Source: Candidatus Iainarchaeum sp.
Lineage (GTDB): Archaea > Nanobdellota > Nanobdellia > Pacearchaeales > GW2011-AR1
NCBI GenBank assembly: GCA_043815085.1
Contig: JBDRJG010000005.1
Span: 1-45,608 of the forward strand
DNA: 45,608 nt
Direction: 5' to 3'
Below, piece after piece: positions 8,950 through 18,287 of this stretch. The position numbers and the translations under genes are program-made. The first letter of the stretch is position 1, and each line of letters begins with the position of its first letter. The notes below the pieces were generated by a model, which was not told the DNA's origin, searched no databases, and saw only the letters and a program-made list of their open reading frames with translations.

Positions 8950-11808
8950 ATGGCTTATATAAAGAAGTTGGTGATGCATGGTTTCAAAAGTTTTCCAAAA
9001 AAAACAGAAATTCCATTCACCTCAGGCATCAATGTTGTTCTCGGTCCAAATGGTTCAGGAAAATCAAATATTTCAGATGCTTTGTGCTTTGTATTGGGGA
9101 GATTGAGTATTAAATCCATGCGTGCAGCAAAAGCGAGAAATCTTATTTTTTTGGGAACAAAGGCGGCTTCTCCTGCAAAAGAAGCAGTTGTCGAAGTTGT
9201 TTTTGACAATTCAGATAATGTCTTCTCTGTTGAAGGGCAGGAAGTTTCAGTAAAAAGAATTGTAAGATTAAACGGACAGAGTATTTACAAAATAAATAAT
9301 GAAACTAAAACAAGGCAGGAAGTTCTCTCCCTCCTCGCTCAGGCAGGAATAGATCCAAATGGATTTAATATAATTCTTCAGGGAGAAATTCAGAGTTTTG
9401 TTAGAATGCATTCAGAAGAAAGAAGAAAGATAGTTGAAGAAGTCTCTGGAATTTCTATCTATGAAATGAGGAAAGAAAAATCCTTGAGAGAGCTTGAAAA
9501 GACAGAGGATAAATTAAAGGAAGTTAGTTCAATATTGAGAGAGAGAACAACCTATCTGAATAATCTTGAAAAAGAGAGAGAGCAGGCATTAAAATATCAA
9601 AAACTCGAGAAAGACATAAAAAAATTCAAAGCGAGCATAATTAATGTTGATTTGTTAAAAAGAAAAAAGCATCTGGGAGAGATTAATGAATCTGCTAATA
9701 AAAAGAACAAAGAAATAGAAAAAATAAAGCACGAGATATTCAATCTGGAAAAAGAGATAAAGAATTTCGAAGAAAAAATAAATTTAATCAACAAGAAAAT
9801 ACAGGAATCCACGGGCTTGGAGCAGGAAAAGCTGAATCAGGAAATAGCAAATACAAGAGCAGAAATTGCTGGACTGGACGTGAGAATTGAGAATTATAAG
9901 AGTAAGCTTTCAAGCATAGCAAAGCAAAAACAGGAACTTCAAGCGTTGATAAAAAACAGTGAAGCTGAGATTAACGATTTAAAAAAGGAATTTCCTTCTG
10001 GGACGAAAAAGGAAAAAGAAGTAAATTTGAAAAAGCAGGAATTGGAAAAATTAGAAGAACAAAGAAAAAAATTTTATATGATTAAGTCCGAATTAAAATC
10101 CATAAAAGAAAGATTTGAGGATAAAAAATCTCTTTTGCAGAGCTATAATAACGAATCAGGATTTTTAGTAAAGCAGATTGATTCTCTTTCAAGAGAACTC
10201 TTTGATAAGAAAACAATTCCAGAAAGAGTTGAAGAATTAAAATTAGTTTTAGCGGATAAAAAGGAATTTTTAGAGAGTTTTTCCAAACGCGAGAGAGAAC
10301 TGGAGAAAATAAATTACTCTCATGAAAACGAGATAGAAAAGCAGAACAAAATAATGGGCACTATTTCAAAAATGGATATCTGCCCCCTCTGCAAGAGCAA
10401 AATAACAAAAGAACACCTAGGGCAAATTAACAATGAAATCTTTCCAATAATTAATTCTCTAAAAAAAGAGCTGGAAAATTCAGATAAAGAACTGAGCCAG
10501 ATAGGGAATAAAAAAGAAATGTTAAAACAGGAGATAGAGCAACTCGATGTTGAAATTTTGAGGAGAGAGCAGGATTTGATAAAGATTTCAAATGTGAATG
10601 ACAAAAAAAACCAGATAAAAAATATCAATGATAAGATGTTGATAGCAAAAAAAGAATTATCTGAGCTCGAAAAATTAAAAATTAATCTTGAGAAAAATTT
10701 TGAAGAATATTCCAATGTAGAGCAGAAATACGAAACAGCAAGAATAGAGGTGCAGGAAATTTCTTTGAGAACAAAGGAGAATCTCAATTCTGAAATATCT
10801 TTTAAGCAGAGAGAATATGAGCGCTCAAAGATTTCTTTGAAGCAGTTTTCAAGAGAAGAAGAGGATATAAACGGAGAACTTTCCTCTTTAAAGAAACAGC
10901 TGGAAGAAAAAGGGAATTATCTGAATAAAAAAAGAAAACAGGAAGAAGAGTTGACAGAAAAATTCCATAAACTTATTGGTGAGAGAGATTCATTTCAGAC
11001 AAGAATAAGAAAAAATGAGCAGGACTCTTCTATTAAAAAGAATCTGGTCTATAATATTGAACAAGAAGTAAATAATGTAAAGATTGAGAAGGCGAGAGTG
11101 GATGCAGAAATTGAAAATTTCGAGATTGAGATGCTTGGATTTCCTAATGTGGAATTAATAAAAGGAAGCAGAGAGTTTCTGGTCGAGAGATTAAATAAGA
11201 CTCAAGACATATTTTCAGGTTTAGGTCCTGTAAATATGCGTTCTTTAGAGGTTTATAATGAGATAAAAAAAGAATATGATTTAATCAGAGAAAAAGCAGA
11301 TAGCATAAACAAAGAAAGAGAGAGCATTTTGACGATAATTCATAATATCGATGTAAGAAAAAGGAAGATTTTTCTTAAAACATTGGAGAGTTTAAATAAG
11401 ATTTTTTCTGAGAACTTTGCGCGTATAAGCACTAAAGGACAGGTTTCGCTTGAATTGGAAAATAAAAAAGAGCCGTTTGAGGGAGGAATTGGAATTTTAG
11501 TAAAGACAGGACACGGAAAATATTTTGATGTAACTTCTCTTTCAGGAGGAGAGCAGACAATGGTTGCCCTTTCCCTTATTTTTGCGATACAGGAGTTAAA
11601 TCCTTACTGTTTTTATATTCTTGATGAGATTGATGCAGCTCTTGACAAGAGAAATTCAGAGAGGCTCGCAAATCTGCTGAAGAGATATATGCAAAAAGGG
11701 CAATATATTGTTATAACCCATAATGATGAGGTAATAACGAGAGCCACTAATCTCTACGGAATTTCTATGCACGAAGGTGTATCTAAGGTTGTGAGTTTGA
11801 GAGTTTAA
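8950..11808 (+). CDS. smc: SMC-family ATPase with central CXXC zinc hook
   Basis: GFKSF, GPNGSGKSN, LSGGE, LDEIDAALD, long coiled coils, CPLC at residue 478 of 952. Confidence 0.88.
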   Translation: MAYIKKLVMHGFKSFPKKTEIPFTSGINVVLGPNGSGKSNISDALCFVLGRLSIKSMRAAKARNLIFLGTKAASPAKEAVVEVVFDNSDNVFSVEGQEVSVKRIVRLNGQSIYKINNETKTRQEVLSLLAQAGIDPNGFNIILQGEIQSFVRMHSEERRKIVEEVSGISIYEMRKEKSLRELEKTEDKLKEVSSILRERTTYLNNLEKEREQALKYQKLEKDIKKFKASIINVDLLKRKKHLGEINESANKKNKEIEKIKHEIFNLEKEIKNFEEKINLINKKIQESTGLEQEKLNQEIANTRAEIAGLDVRIENYKSKLSSIAKQKQELQALIKNSEAEINDLKKEFPSGTKKEKEVNLKKQELEKLEEQRKKFYMIKSELKSIKERFEDKKSLLQSYNNESGFLVKQIDSLSRELFDKKTIPERVEELKLVLADKKEFLESFSKRERELEKINYSHENEIEKQNKIMGTISKMDICPLCKSKITKEHLGQINNEIFPIINSLKKELENSDKELSQIGNKKEMLKQEIEQLDVEILRREQDLIKISNVNDKKNQIKNINDKMLIAKKELSELEKLKINLEKNFEEYSNVEQKYETARIEVQEISLRTKENLNSEISFKQREYERSKISLKQFSREEEDINGELSSLKKQLEEKGNYLNKKRKQEEELTEKFHKLIGERDSFQTRIRKNEQDSSIKKNLVYNIEQEVNNVKIEKARVDAEIENFEIEMLGFPNVELIKGSREFLVERLNKTQDIFSGLGPVNMRSLEVYNEIKKEYDLIREKADSINKERESILTIIHNIDVRKRKIFLKTLESLNKIFSENFARISTKGQVSLELENKKEPFEGGIGILVKTGHGKYFDVTSLSGGEQTMVALSLIFAIQELNPYCFYILDEIDAALDKRNSERLANLLKRYMQKGQYIVITHNDEVITRATNLYGISMHEGVSKVVSLRV

Positions 11809-11856
11809 TTTCAAATAATTCAAACAATTTAAATAAAAGTAAGGCCTTTGTATTTG

Positions 11857-12468
11857 ATGAATAAAGAGCAGTTAATTGTCCTTTTAAAGCGCGAAGGGTT
11901 TGAAGAGAAAATTGTAAGAGCATTTGAAAAAGTTCATAGAGAAGATTTTGTTCAGGAGAATATGAAGAAACTTGCTTATGAAAACATTGCTCTTCCAATA
12001 ACAGAGTCTGAAACTATTTCTCAGCCTTCTACAATTGCACTTGCTCTTTCAATGCTCAAACTTAAAGAGAATCAAAAAGTTCTTGAGATAGGTTCTGGTT
12101 GTGGTTATGTTCTTGCTTTGATAGCAGAGATTGTTGGGCAGAATGGAAGAGTTCTTGGAATTGAGATTGTAAAAGAGCTTGCAGAAAAGTCAAAAAAACT
12201 TTTGAAAAATCACAAAAATATAGAAATTTTTAATAAAAATGGAAATAAAGGGTTTCCAGAAGAAGCACCTTTTGACAGAATTGTAATAAGTGCGGCTCTA
12301 GAGAAAGTTCCAAGAGAGATATTAGAACAACTAAAGGAGAAAGGAATACTGGTTGCTCCAATTGGACCCGGATTTATGCAGACTCTTACTTCAATAAAAA
12401 GAGCAAAAGATGAATTTATAATCACAAAAGAAATTCCGGGATTTATATTTGTTCATTTTGTAGAATGA
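11857..12468 (+). CDS. pcm: Protein-L-isoaspartate O-methyltransferase
   Basis: TISQP, VLEIGSGCGY, APFDRIVISAA, LKEKGILVAPIG. Confidence 0.93.
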   Translation: MNKEQLIVLLKREGFEEKIVRAFEKVHREDFVQENMKKLAYENIALPITESETISQPSTIALALSMLKLKENQKVLEIGSGCGYVLALIAEIVGQNGRVLGIEIVKELAEKSKKLLKNHKNIEIFNKNGNKGFPEEAPFDRIVISAALEKVPREILEQLKEKGILVAPIGPGFMQTLTSIKRAKDEFIITKEIPGFIFVHFVE

Positions 12469-12493
12469 ATTTTAATTCCCCCTACTTTTACTT

Positions 12494-12964
12494 TTATATG
12501 GGAATATATTCTTCCTCTCCGTTTAGTAAAACTTTTTTATAAGGGTTATCTCTTATATGCATAATTTCTTCAATTGCCTCTGCCCAGATAGAATCATAGT
12601 AAATATTAAGCATTTTTTCTCCTGTTAATATTCCTTTTCTATCTAGAATGTCATATATTAAATCTTTCAATCTTTTCCCCTTTATTGAGGAATTATCTTT
12701 AAGAATTTCATCTAATTTTTTATTAAACTCTTCATTAGGGAAATTTATTTGATATCCCTTCATTTCTGGTTTCTTTTGAACTTTTCCATTTTCTCTTCTC
12801 CACTTTTCAAAACTTATATCCATTTTAGGATTTCTTTTCTTTTCACTTAGGTATTCCCTCCAATCTCTTCCATAATTTTCAGGTTTTTCTTCTTCTGTTC
12901 CCGGTTTTCTCCTCCTCCTCCTCATATACATTTTCATATAATCATTCCAATTTAGATTACTCAT
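12494..12964 (-). CDS. Hypothetical protein
   Basis: 156-aa ORF with own TTTAAATA promoter and an Arg-rich N-terminus. Confidence 0.6.
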   Translation of the reverse strand: MSNLNWNDYMKMYMRRRRRKPGTEEEKPENYGRDWREYLSEKKRNPKMDISFEKWRRENGKVQKKPEMKGYQINFPNEEFNKKLDEILKDNSSIKGKRLKDLIYDILDRKGILTGEKMLNIYYDSIWAEAIEEIMHIRDNPYKKVLLNGEEEYIPI

Positions 12965-13126
12965 TTTACTTCATGCGTTCTTCTTATATTTAAATATTAT
13001 TATAATTTATTTTTACTTTGAAAAATAATAAAAGAAAAAGGTCCTCGGTTTCCCCGGGGCTTCCATTCTTTTAAAGAAGAATGTAAGGAGAAAAGACTAA
13101 ATAAAAAATAAAAATAAAAAAGGAGT

Positions 13127-14350
13127 TTAGTAGTAACTTTCTCCAAATTCTTCTGTTTTTTGTGGTTTCTTTCCGATTAATACAATCAAAACAACCAGCA
13201 ATACCAAGAAGATTATTGCCAAAACAACTGTTAAAACAACAATTGGATTTACTGACTTTCCTTCAACTTTCAAGTTAAGAGCAACTTGACTAACAAGTTT
13301 CTCTCCAGAAAGAACATTAACTTTGAAGTTATAGTCCCCTTCTGTTTTAGCGCTTGCAGTTATTGTAACTGTCTTGCTTGAACCTGCTGAAACAGCAACG
13401 AAAGTACTGTCAACATTTGAAGAAAGATCTCCGCTAGATTCTGCTACAATTTGATATACCTTTAAACTGTTTGTAGGGTTTACAAGTAACAAACTGTATT
13501 CAGCATTCTCGCCAAGTGCAACTCTCTTTCCTGATGTCATTACAATAACGTTTTCAGACAATTCGTTTTCAATAACTATTTGTCTAGCAAATTTGGAAGT
13601 TACATCATCGTTTGTGACTTTAACTTCTAGAGTATAAACTCCAGCTTCTGCAGTGTAAGGAACTTCTAAGAAAATTCTTCCACTAACAGTATCTTTTTCT
13701 TTTTCATCACAGCCACTTGTGCATGTTTCCAATGTAACCAAGTCTCCGAAGTAAGATGTTCTTTCAATTCCTAAAGCAGGAATTCCAACAATTACATAAA
13801 CATCTTCTAAGTCATTGTAGCCTAAGTTTTTCAATACAACATCAACTGGAAATGTTTCACCAGCATTAACTGATTGACTTGTGCTTACAGACTTAACAAC
13901 TGGATTGTATGAGGGTCTTTGAACTTGTAAAGAAAAATCTTCTTCGTATTCATTGTCCCCATTCCATATTCTAACAGTAAGAGTCACATCATCAGAAAGC
14001 ATATCCTTAAGTTCAAAAGGAACTTCAATGCTCAAAGTTTTTTTGTATGTGTATCCAGCCTCAACATCAAAATTAGTTGTTACTGTATTTACATCAGCTT
14101 TGTCGCCTTCAATACTTACTTTTATTCTAACATTTGATGCATCTTCAAGAGCTGTAAACATTACTTTAACAGCAACTGTTTCACCAGCTATAACACTTGG
14201 ATTGTCAACCAAATTAATTCCGTCGACCTCAATTGTTGGCGCATCACTTGTCATTGTGTTAGAAGCACTAACTGTAACAACCAAAAATAACGCTATTGCG
14301 ATTGTACAAATTGAAACCATAAGTTTCTTTGTATTCATTTTTGTTATCAT
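13127..14350 (-). CDS. Membrane-anchored cell-surface protein with Ig/CARDB-like beta domains
   Basis: Signal peptide, beta-rich repeats (LKNLGYNDLEDVYV), C-terminal TM helix and ESYY tail. Confidence 0.75.
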   Translation of the reverse strand: MITKMNTKKLMVSICTIAIALFLVVTVSASNTMTSDAPTIEVDGINLVDNPSVIAGETVAVKVMFTALEDASNVRIKVSIEGDKADVNTVTTNFDVEAGYTYKKTLSIEVPFELKDMLSDDVTLTVRIWNGDNEYEEDFSLQVQRPSYNPVVKSVSTSQSVNAGETFPVDVVLKNLGYNDLEDVYVIVGIPALGIERTSYFGDLVTLETCTSGCDEKEKDTVSGRIFLEVPYTAEAGVYTLEVKVTNDDVTSKFARQIVIENELSENVIVMTSGKRVALGENAEYSLLLVNPTNSLKVYQIVAESSGDLSSNVDSTFVAVSAGSSKTVTITASAKTEGDYNFKVNVLSGEKLVSQVALNLKVEGKSVNPIVVLTVVLAIIFLVLLVVLIVLIGKKPQKTEEFGESYY

Positions 14351-14541
14351 TTTTATTTAATTGCCTAGAAAACATCGTTTTCTATTAATCGTTTACATCA
14401 AATATCCTTTATAAACTTTACCTTTGTTGTAATTTAATAGTTACACTATAGTTACCCCTTGTCCGGACAACTAGTGAACATTTACTATTTTTGCTTGTAA
14501 TAAAACCAGTCCATGTTACTAAGTGTTAGGAAAAATAAAAA

Positions 14542-14560
14542 CAAGGGATTAAATCCCTTG
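14542..14560. terminator. Hairpin downstream of dnaG
   Basis: caagggat-taa-atcccttg inverted repeat, followed by a T-rich run on the minus strand. Confidence 0.45.
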
Positions 14561-14571
14561 CATTAAAGATA

Positions 14572-15714
14572 TTAAAAACTCAGTAATTGAATCTTTTCAC
14601 TTGTTGCAGAGAAATTCTTTGCAATAATTATCTGACATCCTGCGTCTTCAGCAGATTCAAGAACTGAACTTGTAACTGTTCCGTCAAGAACAATCAGAGA
14701 AGGGGTTTCATCTATTCTCTTTAGACTTCCACTCAATCCTCTTGCTGAAACTTCTTTAATTTCTTCTAAAGAATCATCTAAAAGAATTGCTTTTCCAGAA
14801 CCTTCAATTTGTTTTGAAATTCTTTTCAATCTTTCCTTGTCTTCTTCATTCAATTCTATTTTTGAAAGCGTCTTTTTGTTTTCTCTTTTCTGCATTCCCT
14901 CTTTTCTAAGAAACTCATTTAATAAAATTTTCTTTCTTAAATTTATAAGAATTTCTTTTCCAGCCAATTCCTCAACTTCTTTTCCATCAGGAGCAATTGC
15001 AATGTAATCTATGTTTGCATTGTCACTTGCATTTTGTATGATTAATCTTCCGCCTCTGTCACCATCAACAAAAAGAGTAATCTCTTTTTCTTTTCCAAGT
15101 TCTTTTATTGCATCAGGAAGTTTTGTCCCATTCATTGCAATAACATTGTTGATTCCAGCCCTCAAAAGATTTACAACATCTGCTCTTCCTTCAACAACAA
15201 TAATCTCTTTTCCAGAGATATCTCCGCAAGGAAGTTTCTCATTTCCGTATTCCTGAATGTTTGCGGTCTTGGCAGAGTCTTTAATTTCGTTTGAGATTTC
15301 TCTTGAGTCAGTTGAACCTTTTATTTCAGACATTAATTTCTTGGCTCTTTCAAGAATGTAATCTCTTTTGCTGCCTCTAACATCTTCTATTCTCTCAACT
15401 TCAATCTGTGAATCACTTGGACCTATCCTCTCAATTGTTTCAATTGCAGCGGCAATTAGAGTTGTTTCAGATTGGTCTAGAGCAGTGGGAATTTTTATAT
15501 TTCCAATTGTTCTCTTATCCTTCCTCTCCAAATCAACTTCAATTCTTCCTATTTTCCCTTCTTTCTGCAATTCTCGCATTTCAAGTTCTGCACCGAGCAA
15601 TCCTTCTGTTTGTCCGAATATAGCTCCGATTACATCAGGTTTTTCCAAAGCACCTTCAGCTGTAAAATTTGCATGTATCATGTATTTTATTGATACTGGA
15701 CTTATTTTTGCCAT
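14572..15714 (-). CDS. dnaG: Archaeal DnaG (TOPRIM, exosome-associated)
   Basis: KPDVIGAIFGQTEGLLG, IIVVEGRADV, DGDRGG, APDGKEVEEL. Confidence 0.96.
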   Translation of the reverse strand: MAKISPVSIKYMIHANFTAEGALEKPDVIGAIFGQTEGLLGAELEMRELQKEGKIGRIEVDLERKDKRTIGNIKIPTALDQSETTLIAAAIETIERIGPSDSQIEVERIEDVRGSKRDYILERAKKLMSEIKGSTDSREISNEIKDSAKTANIQEYGNEKLPCGDISGKEIIVVEGRADVVNLLRAGINNVIAMNGTKLPDAIKELGKEKEITLFVDGDRGGRLIIQNASDNANIDYIAIAPDGKEVEELAGKEILINLRKKILLNEFLRKEGMQKRENKKTLSKIELNEEDKERLKRISKQIEGSGKAILLDDSLEEIKEVSARGLSGSLKRIDETPSLIVLDGTVTSSVLESAEDAGCQIIIAKNFSATSEKIQLLSF

Positions 15715-15963
15715 ATTTATTTGTCTCCATTTATTTAATCAAAATCTTACGATTTTGATGCACTCGAACAAAGTTCGAATTATAGAAAAATACCGCTAAT
15801 TACAGCACTTCACTCAGGCAATAAAGCCCACCTAAGCAACCTTAGGAATTTACTAACTCTCAATTTCACTTAAGTTAAACTTAAGACTATCAAATTTGAA
15901 TGTGATGTGATATCGTGATAATAATTGAAAACGATACTTTTCTTATTTATATTGTTGGAGTGG

Positions 15964-15977
15964 TTTTTAAAGCTTTC
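15964..15977 (-). promoter_or_regulatory. BRE-TATA promoter facing dnaG
   Basis: Minus strand GAAAGC-TTTAAAAA. Confidence 0.6.
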
Positions 15978-15986
15978 TTATCTCTT

Positions 15987-16774
15987 AACACAGTCCGATA
16001 AGTAAATAGTGTCCGAAAACTGTCCGAAGAGCAGACAAGCTTTCAAACCAAGCATTAGATGGAGAATATGAATATAAAGAATAATTTTTAGTTTAAGAAT
16101 ATATTAATTTAATAATAGTAACAATATAGAAAGATTTAAATAATTAAAGTTATCAAGAAAACCATGAGATTAAAAACAATTGATGATAAAATAATTGAAG
16201 AAAGGCTGTCACGGTTTGAAGGAAGACATTTTAGATTACTTAATAGGCTTGCTACAAAAAATCTGAAAGAAAAAATTTCTGATAATAGTTCTCTTAGAAA
16301 TGTAAATAATCATCTAAAACAATATTTTGGATCTGAATACAGTTTAATAAAAGGGGTTAATTCTGCAATATATTCCAAATTAAATGGAAGTATAAAATAT
16401 ACGCGATTTAATGAAGCAAATTTGGGTTTAGTTATTGAAGGCAATGATGTCAACACAAAATATCACATAAAAGATTTAGAATCATTTATGAAATTTTCTG
16501 GAGTATATAATTCAGATATTTTTAAAAAACAGAAAATAATAAATTCAGGAATTGCAGGTGGAGCTACAATAAATAGTTCAGATGTTGCATATAATGCTAC
16601 AATAAATAATTCACATGTTGCAAGTGGAGCTACAATAAAGGATAATTCACATGTTGCAGGTGGAGCTAAAATTAAAAATTCATATATTGGGGAAGATGCA
16701 AAAAAAGATTCTTCCTCAAAAATTGCTTATAATATTAAATACATTTAGTCTTTAGGAACTTTTCGGACTGAGTT
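15987..16774. mobile_element. Non-autonomous TIR element (788 bp) with perfect 9-bp TSD and one passenger gene
   Basis: TIRs aacacagtccgataagt (15987-16003) and acttttcggactgagtt (16758-16774) match at 15/17. ttatctctt occurs at 15978-15986 and 16775-16783. Confidence 0.85.
16164..16748 (+). CDS. Hypothetical protein with C-terminal left-handed beta-helix-like repeats
   Basis: IAGGATINSSD VAYNATINNSH VASGATIKDNSH VAGGAKIKNSY repeats; own BRE-TATA. Confidence 0.7.
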   Translation: MRLKTIDDKIIEERLSRFEGRHFRLLNRLATKNLKEKISDNSSLRNVNNHLKQYFGSEYSLIKGVNSAIYSKLNGSIKYTRFNEANLGLVIEGNDVNTKYHIKDLESFMKFSGVYNSDIFKKQKIINSGIAGGATINSSDVAYNATINNSHVASGATIKDNSHVAGGAKIKNSYIGEDAKKDSSSKIAYNIKYI

Positions 16775-16805
16775 TTATCTCTTGCAGAAAAAAATAATTT
16801 TTATT

Positions 16806-17345
16806 TTAAGCCAATTTCTTACCAAACTTGCCAAGTTGCTCGTATAGAATCAAAAGTTTCTGCTTAATTTCCCCTCTTTCACTATCTGAAATTTTCATAA
16901 TCAAGAGTTTTTCGTATATTTTCACAGCATTGTTTCTCTTTGATTCTTTCTCGCAGATTTCCGCTTGTTTTTTGTAGACGTTCTTTATATTATTATAGAT
17001 TTCAGCTTTCTTAATAATTGTTGAGAGTTCTATTGCTCTTCTCATTGCAGAATCTGCTTTCTCAAAATATCCTGCTTTTATATAATACTCTGCTTCTTTT
17101 ACAAAATAATCCACTCTTTCAGGATAAGAGAGAGAATTAATTGCAAGTTGCTCATACATTCTTGCAACATCATTGAACATTCTTTTATTTTCATAGATTT
17201 CAATGAGCTTCATAAGTGCGAATTTCTTAATATGAATCGCGGGCTTTTTATCAATAAATTTTGTAAGATAATCAATCTGAACAAAATCTCCTTTTTCTCT
17301 CAACTCTTTTTCAATCTCGCTTTTAGACATGTCTTTATCGAGCAT
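16806..17345 (-). CDS. TPR-like helical protein
   Basis: AEYYIKAGYFEKADSAMRRAIEL and AVKIYEKLL TPR-like motifs. Confidence 0.7.
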   Translation of the reverse strand: MLDKDMSKSEIEKELREKGDFVQIDYLTKFIDKKPAIHIKKFALMKLIEIYENKRMFNDVARMYEQLAINSLSYPERVDYFVKEAEYYIKAGYFEKADSAMRRAIELSTIIKKAEIYNNIKNVYKKQAEICEKESKRNNAVKIYEKLLIMKISDSERGEIKQKLLILYEQLGKFGKKLA

Positions 17346-17401
17346 AATAAAAACAGAATTCTTGGGTTTTTAAGCATTGTTGAGATTTTAAAGTGAATAA
17401 T

Positions 17402-17683
17402 TCATTTGGAATTCTTATAAGGGTTATTCATATAATTTTTACATATGTAGCAAACTTCCTCAATTGTTTTGACAACTAAATATAATGCTATTGACAATCT
17501 TTCCAGACCTGAAGACAGATTACCTCTTTTTTTATCTTCTTTTGATTGTTTTTTATACTCCCTACTTAATTCTTTGAAACATTCTCTCTGATAAAAGTAA
17601 TTAGTGTTCCCAAATTCTTTTGCAAACTCTTTTGGAGTTAATTCTTTAAAATGAATAGGGTGCTCATCATACTCTTTTCCCAT
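17402..17683 (-). CDS. Hypothetical protein
   Basis: ORF; likely start MGKEYD directly after the upstream stop. Confidence 0.55.
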   Translation of the reverse strand: MGKEYDEHPIHFKELTPKEFAKEFGNTNYFYQRECFKELSREYKKQSKEDKKRGNLSSGLERLSIALYLVVKTIEEVCYICKNYMNNPYKNSK

Positions 17684-17684
17684 T

Positions 17685-17870
17685 TTAAGCCCTCGGAAAT
17701 TCATCATTTATATCAAAAGAATTTATCATGTTTTTTCTTGGAATATAACAATCTTCTGGATTTACCTTATCATCTAGATTTCTTCCGAAACCATCACAAT
17801 TTTCGCATGCTTTTCGTGTTCCATATTTTACGCATTTGTATTCTTCTGGTTTTATTTCTTGTTCTTTCAT
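17685..17870 (-). CDS. Small Cys-containing hypothetical protein
   Basis: 61 aa with CENCDG; GAGGGT SD upstream. Confidence 0.5.
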   Translation of the reverse strand: MKEQEIKPEEYKCVKYGTRKACENCDGFGRNLDDKVNPEDCYIPRKNMINSFDINDEFPRA

Positions 17871-17889
17871 TTTAATTATTTTTACCCTC

Positions 17890-18153
17890 TTAATTTCTTA
17901 GCAATTTCTTTATTTTTTCATATCTTTCTATGCATTCAAAAGAACTATAAGGATCATTCTTTGCATCATGATTAGATTCACAACATCCAACAGTATAACC
18001 AAATTCCATTGCTTTTTCAATTAAACTTTTTGTTGATTCATCTGTCTCGGGGTTTTTGACAACTTCCTCTAATTCTTTTCCAAGAGCACTAATAATTCCT
18101 TTTTTATCTGTCATCTTAATAAATTCCATCTTAATAAATTCCAATAACCCCAT
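17890..18153 (-). CDS. Hypothetical protein (start uncertain)
   Basis: 87-aa ORF; the 5' end contains a 15-bp tandem duplication (18112-18141). Confidence 0.5.
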   Translation of the reverse strand: MGLLEFIKMEFIKMTDKKGIISALGKELEEVVKNPETDESTKSLIEKAMEFGYTVGCCESNHDAKNDPYSSFECIERYEKIKKLLRN

Positions 18154-18253
18154 ATTTTTCTTTCATTAACTTTCCTTCAACACCAGAATTAAATTTTTTA
18201 AACTCCTCCCCTAAACCTACTTTTTCTGAAATTTCTTTTGCACTTTGCGTCAT
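18131..18253 (-). CDS. Possible 40-aa hypothetical protein (MTQSAKEISEKVGLGEEF...)
   Basis: Manually translated ORF filling the gap after EF-1A; below the ORF-track cutoff. Confidence 0.35.
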   Translation of the reverse strand: MTQSAKEISEKVGLGEEFKKFNSGVEGKLMKEKYGVIGIY

Positions 18254-18287
18254 TTTAATCTTTAGCAGAACTATTCTCTGAAGCCAA

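Noticed and set aside
8950-11808. Plain Rad50 call
   Set aside because: The D-loop is DEIDAALD rather than DEPT, the N-terminal motifs are SMC-type, and no mre11 is adjacent.
18112-18143. 15-bp tandem duplication (MEFIK twice)
   Set aside because: An in-frame slippage-type duplication with no further structure.
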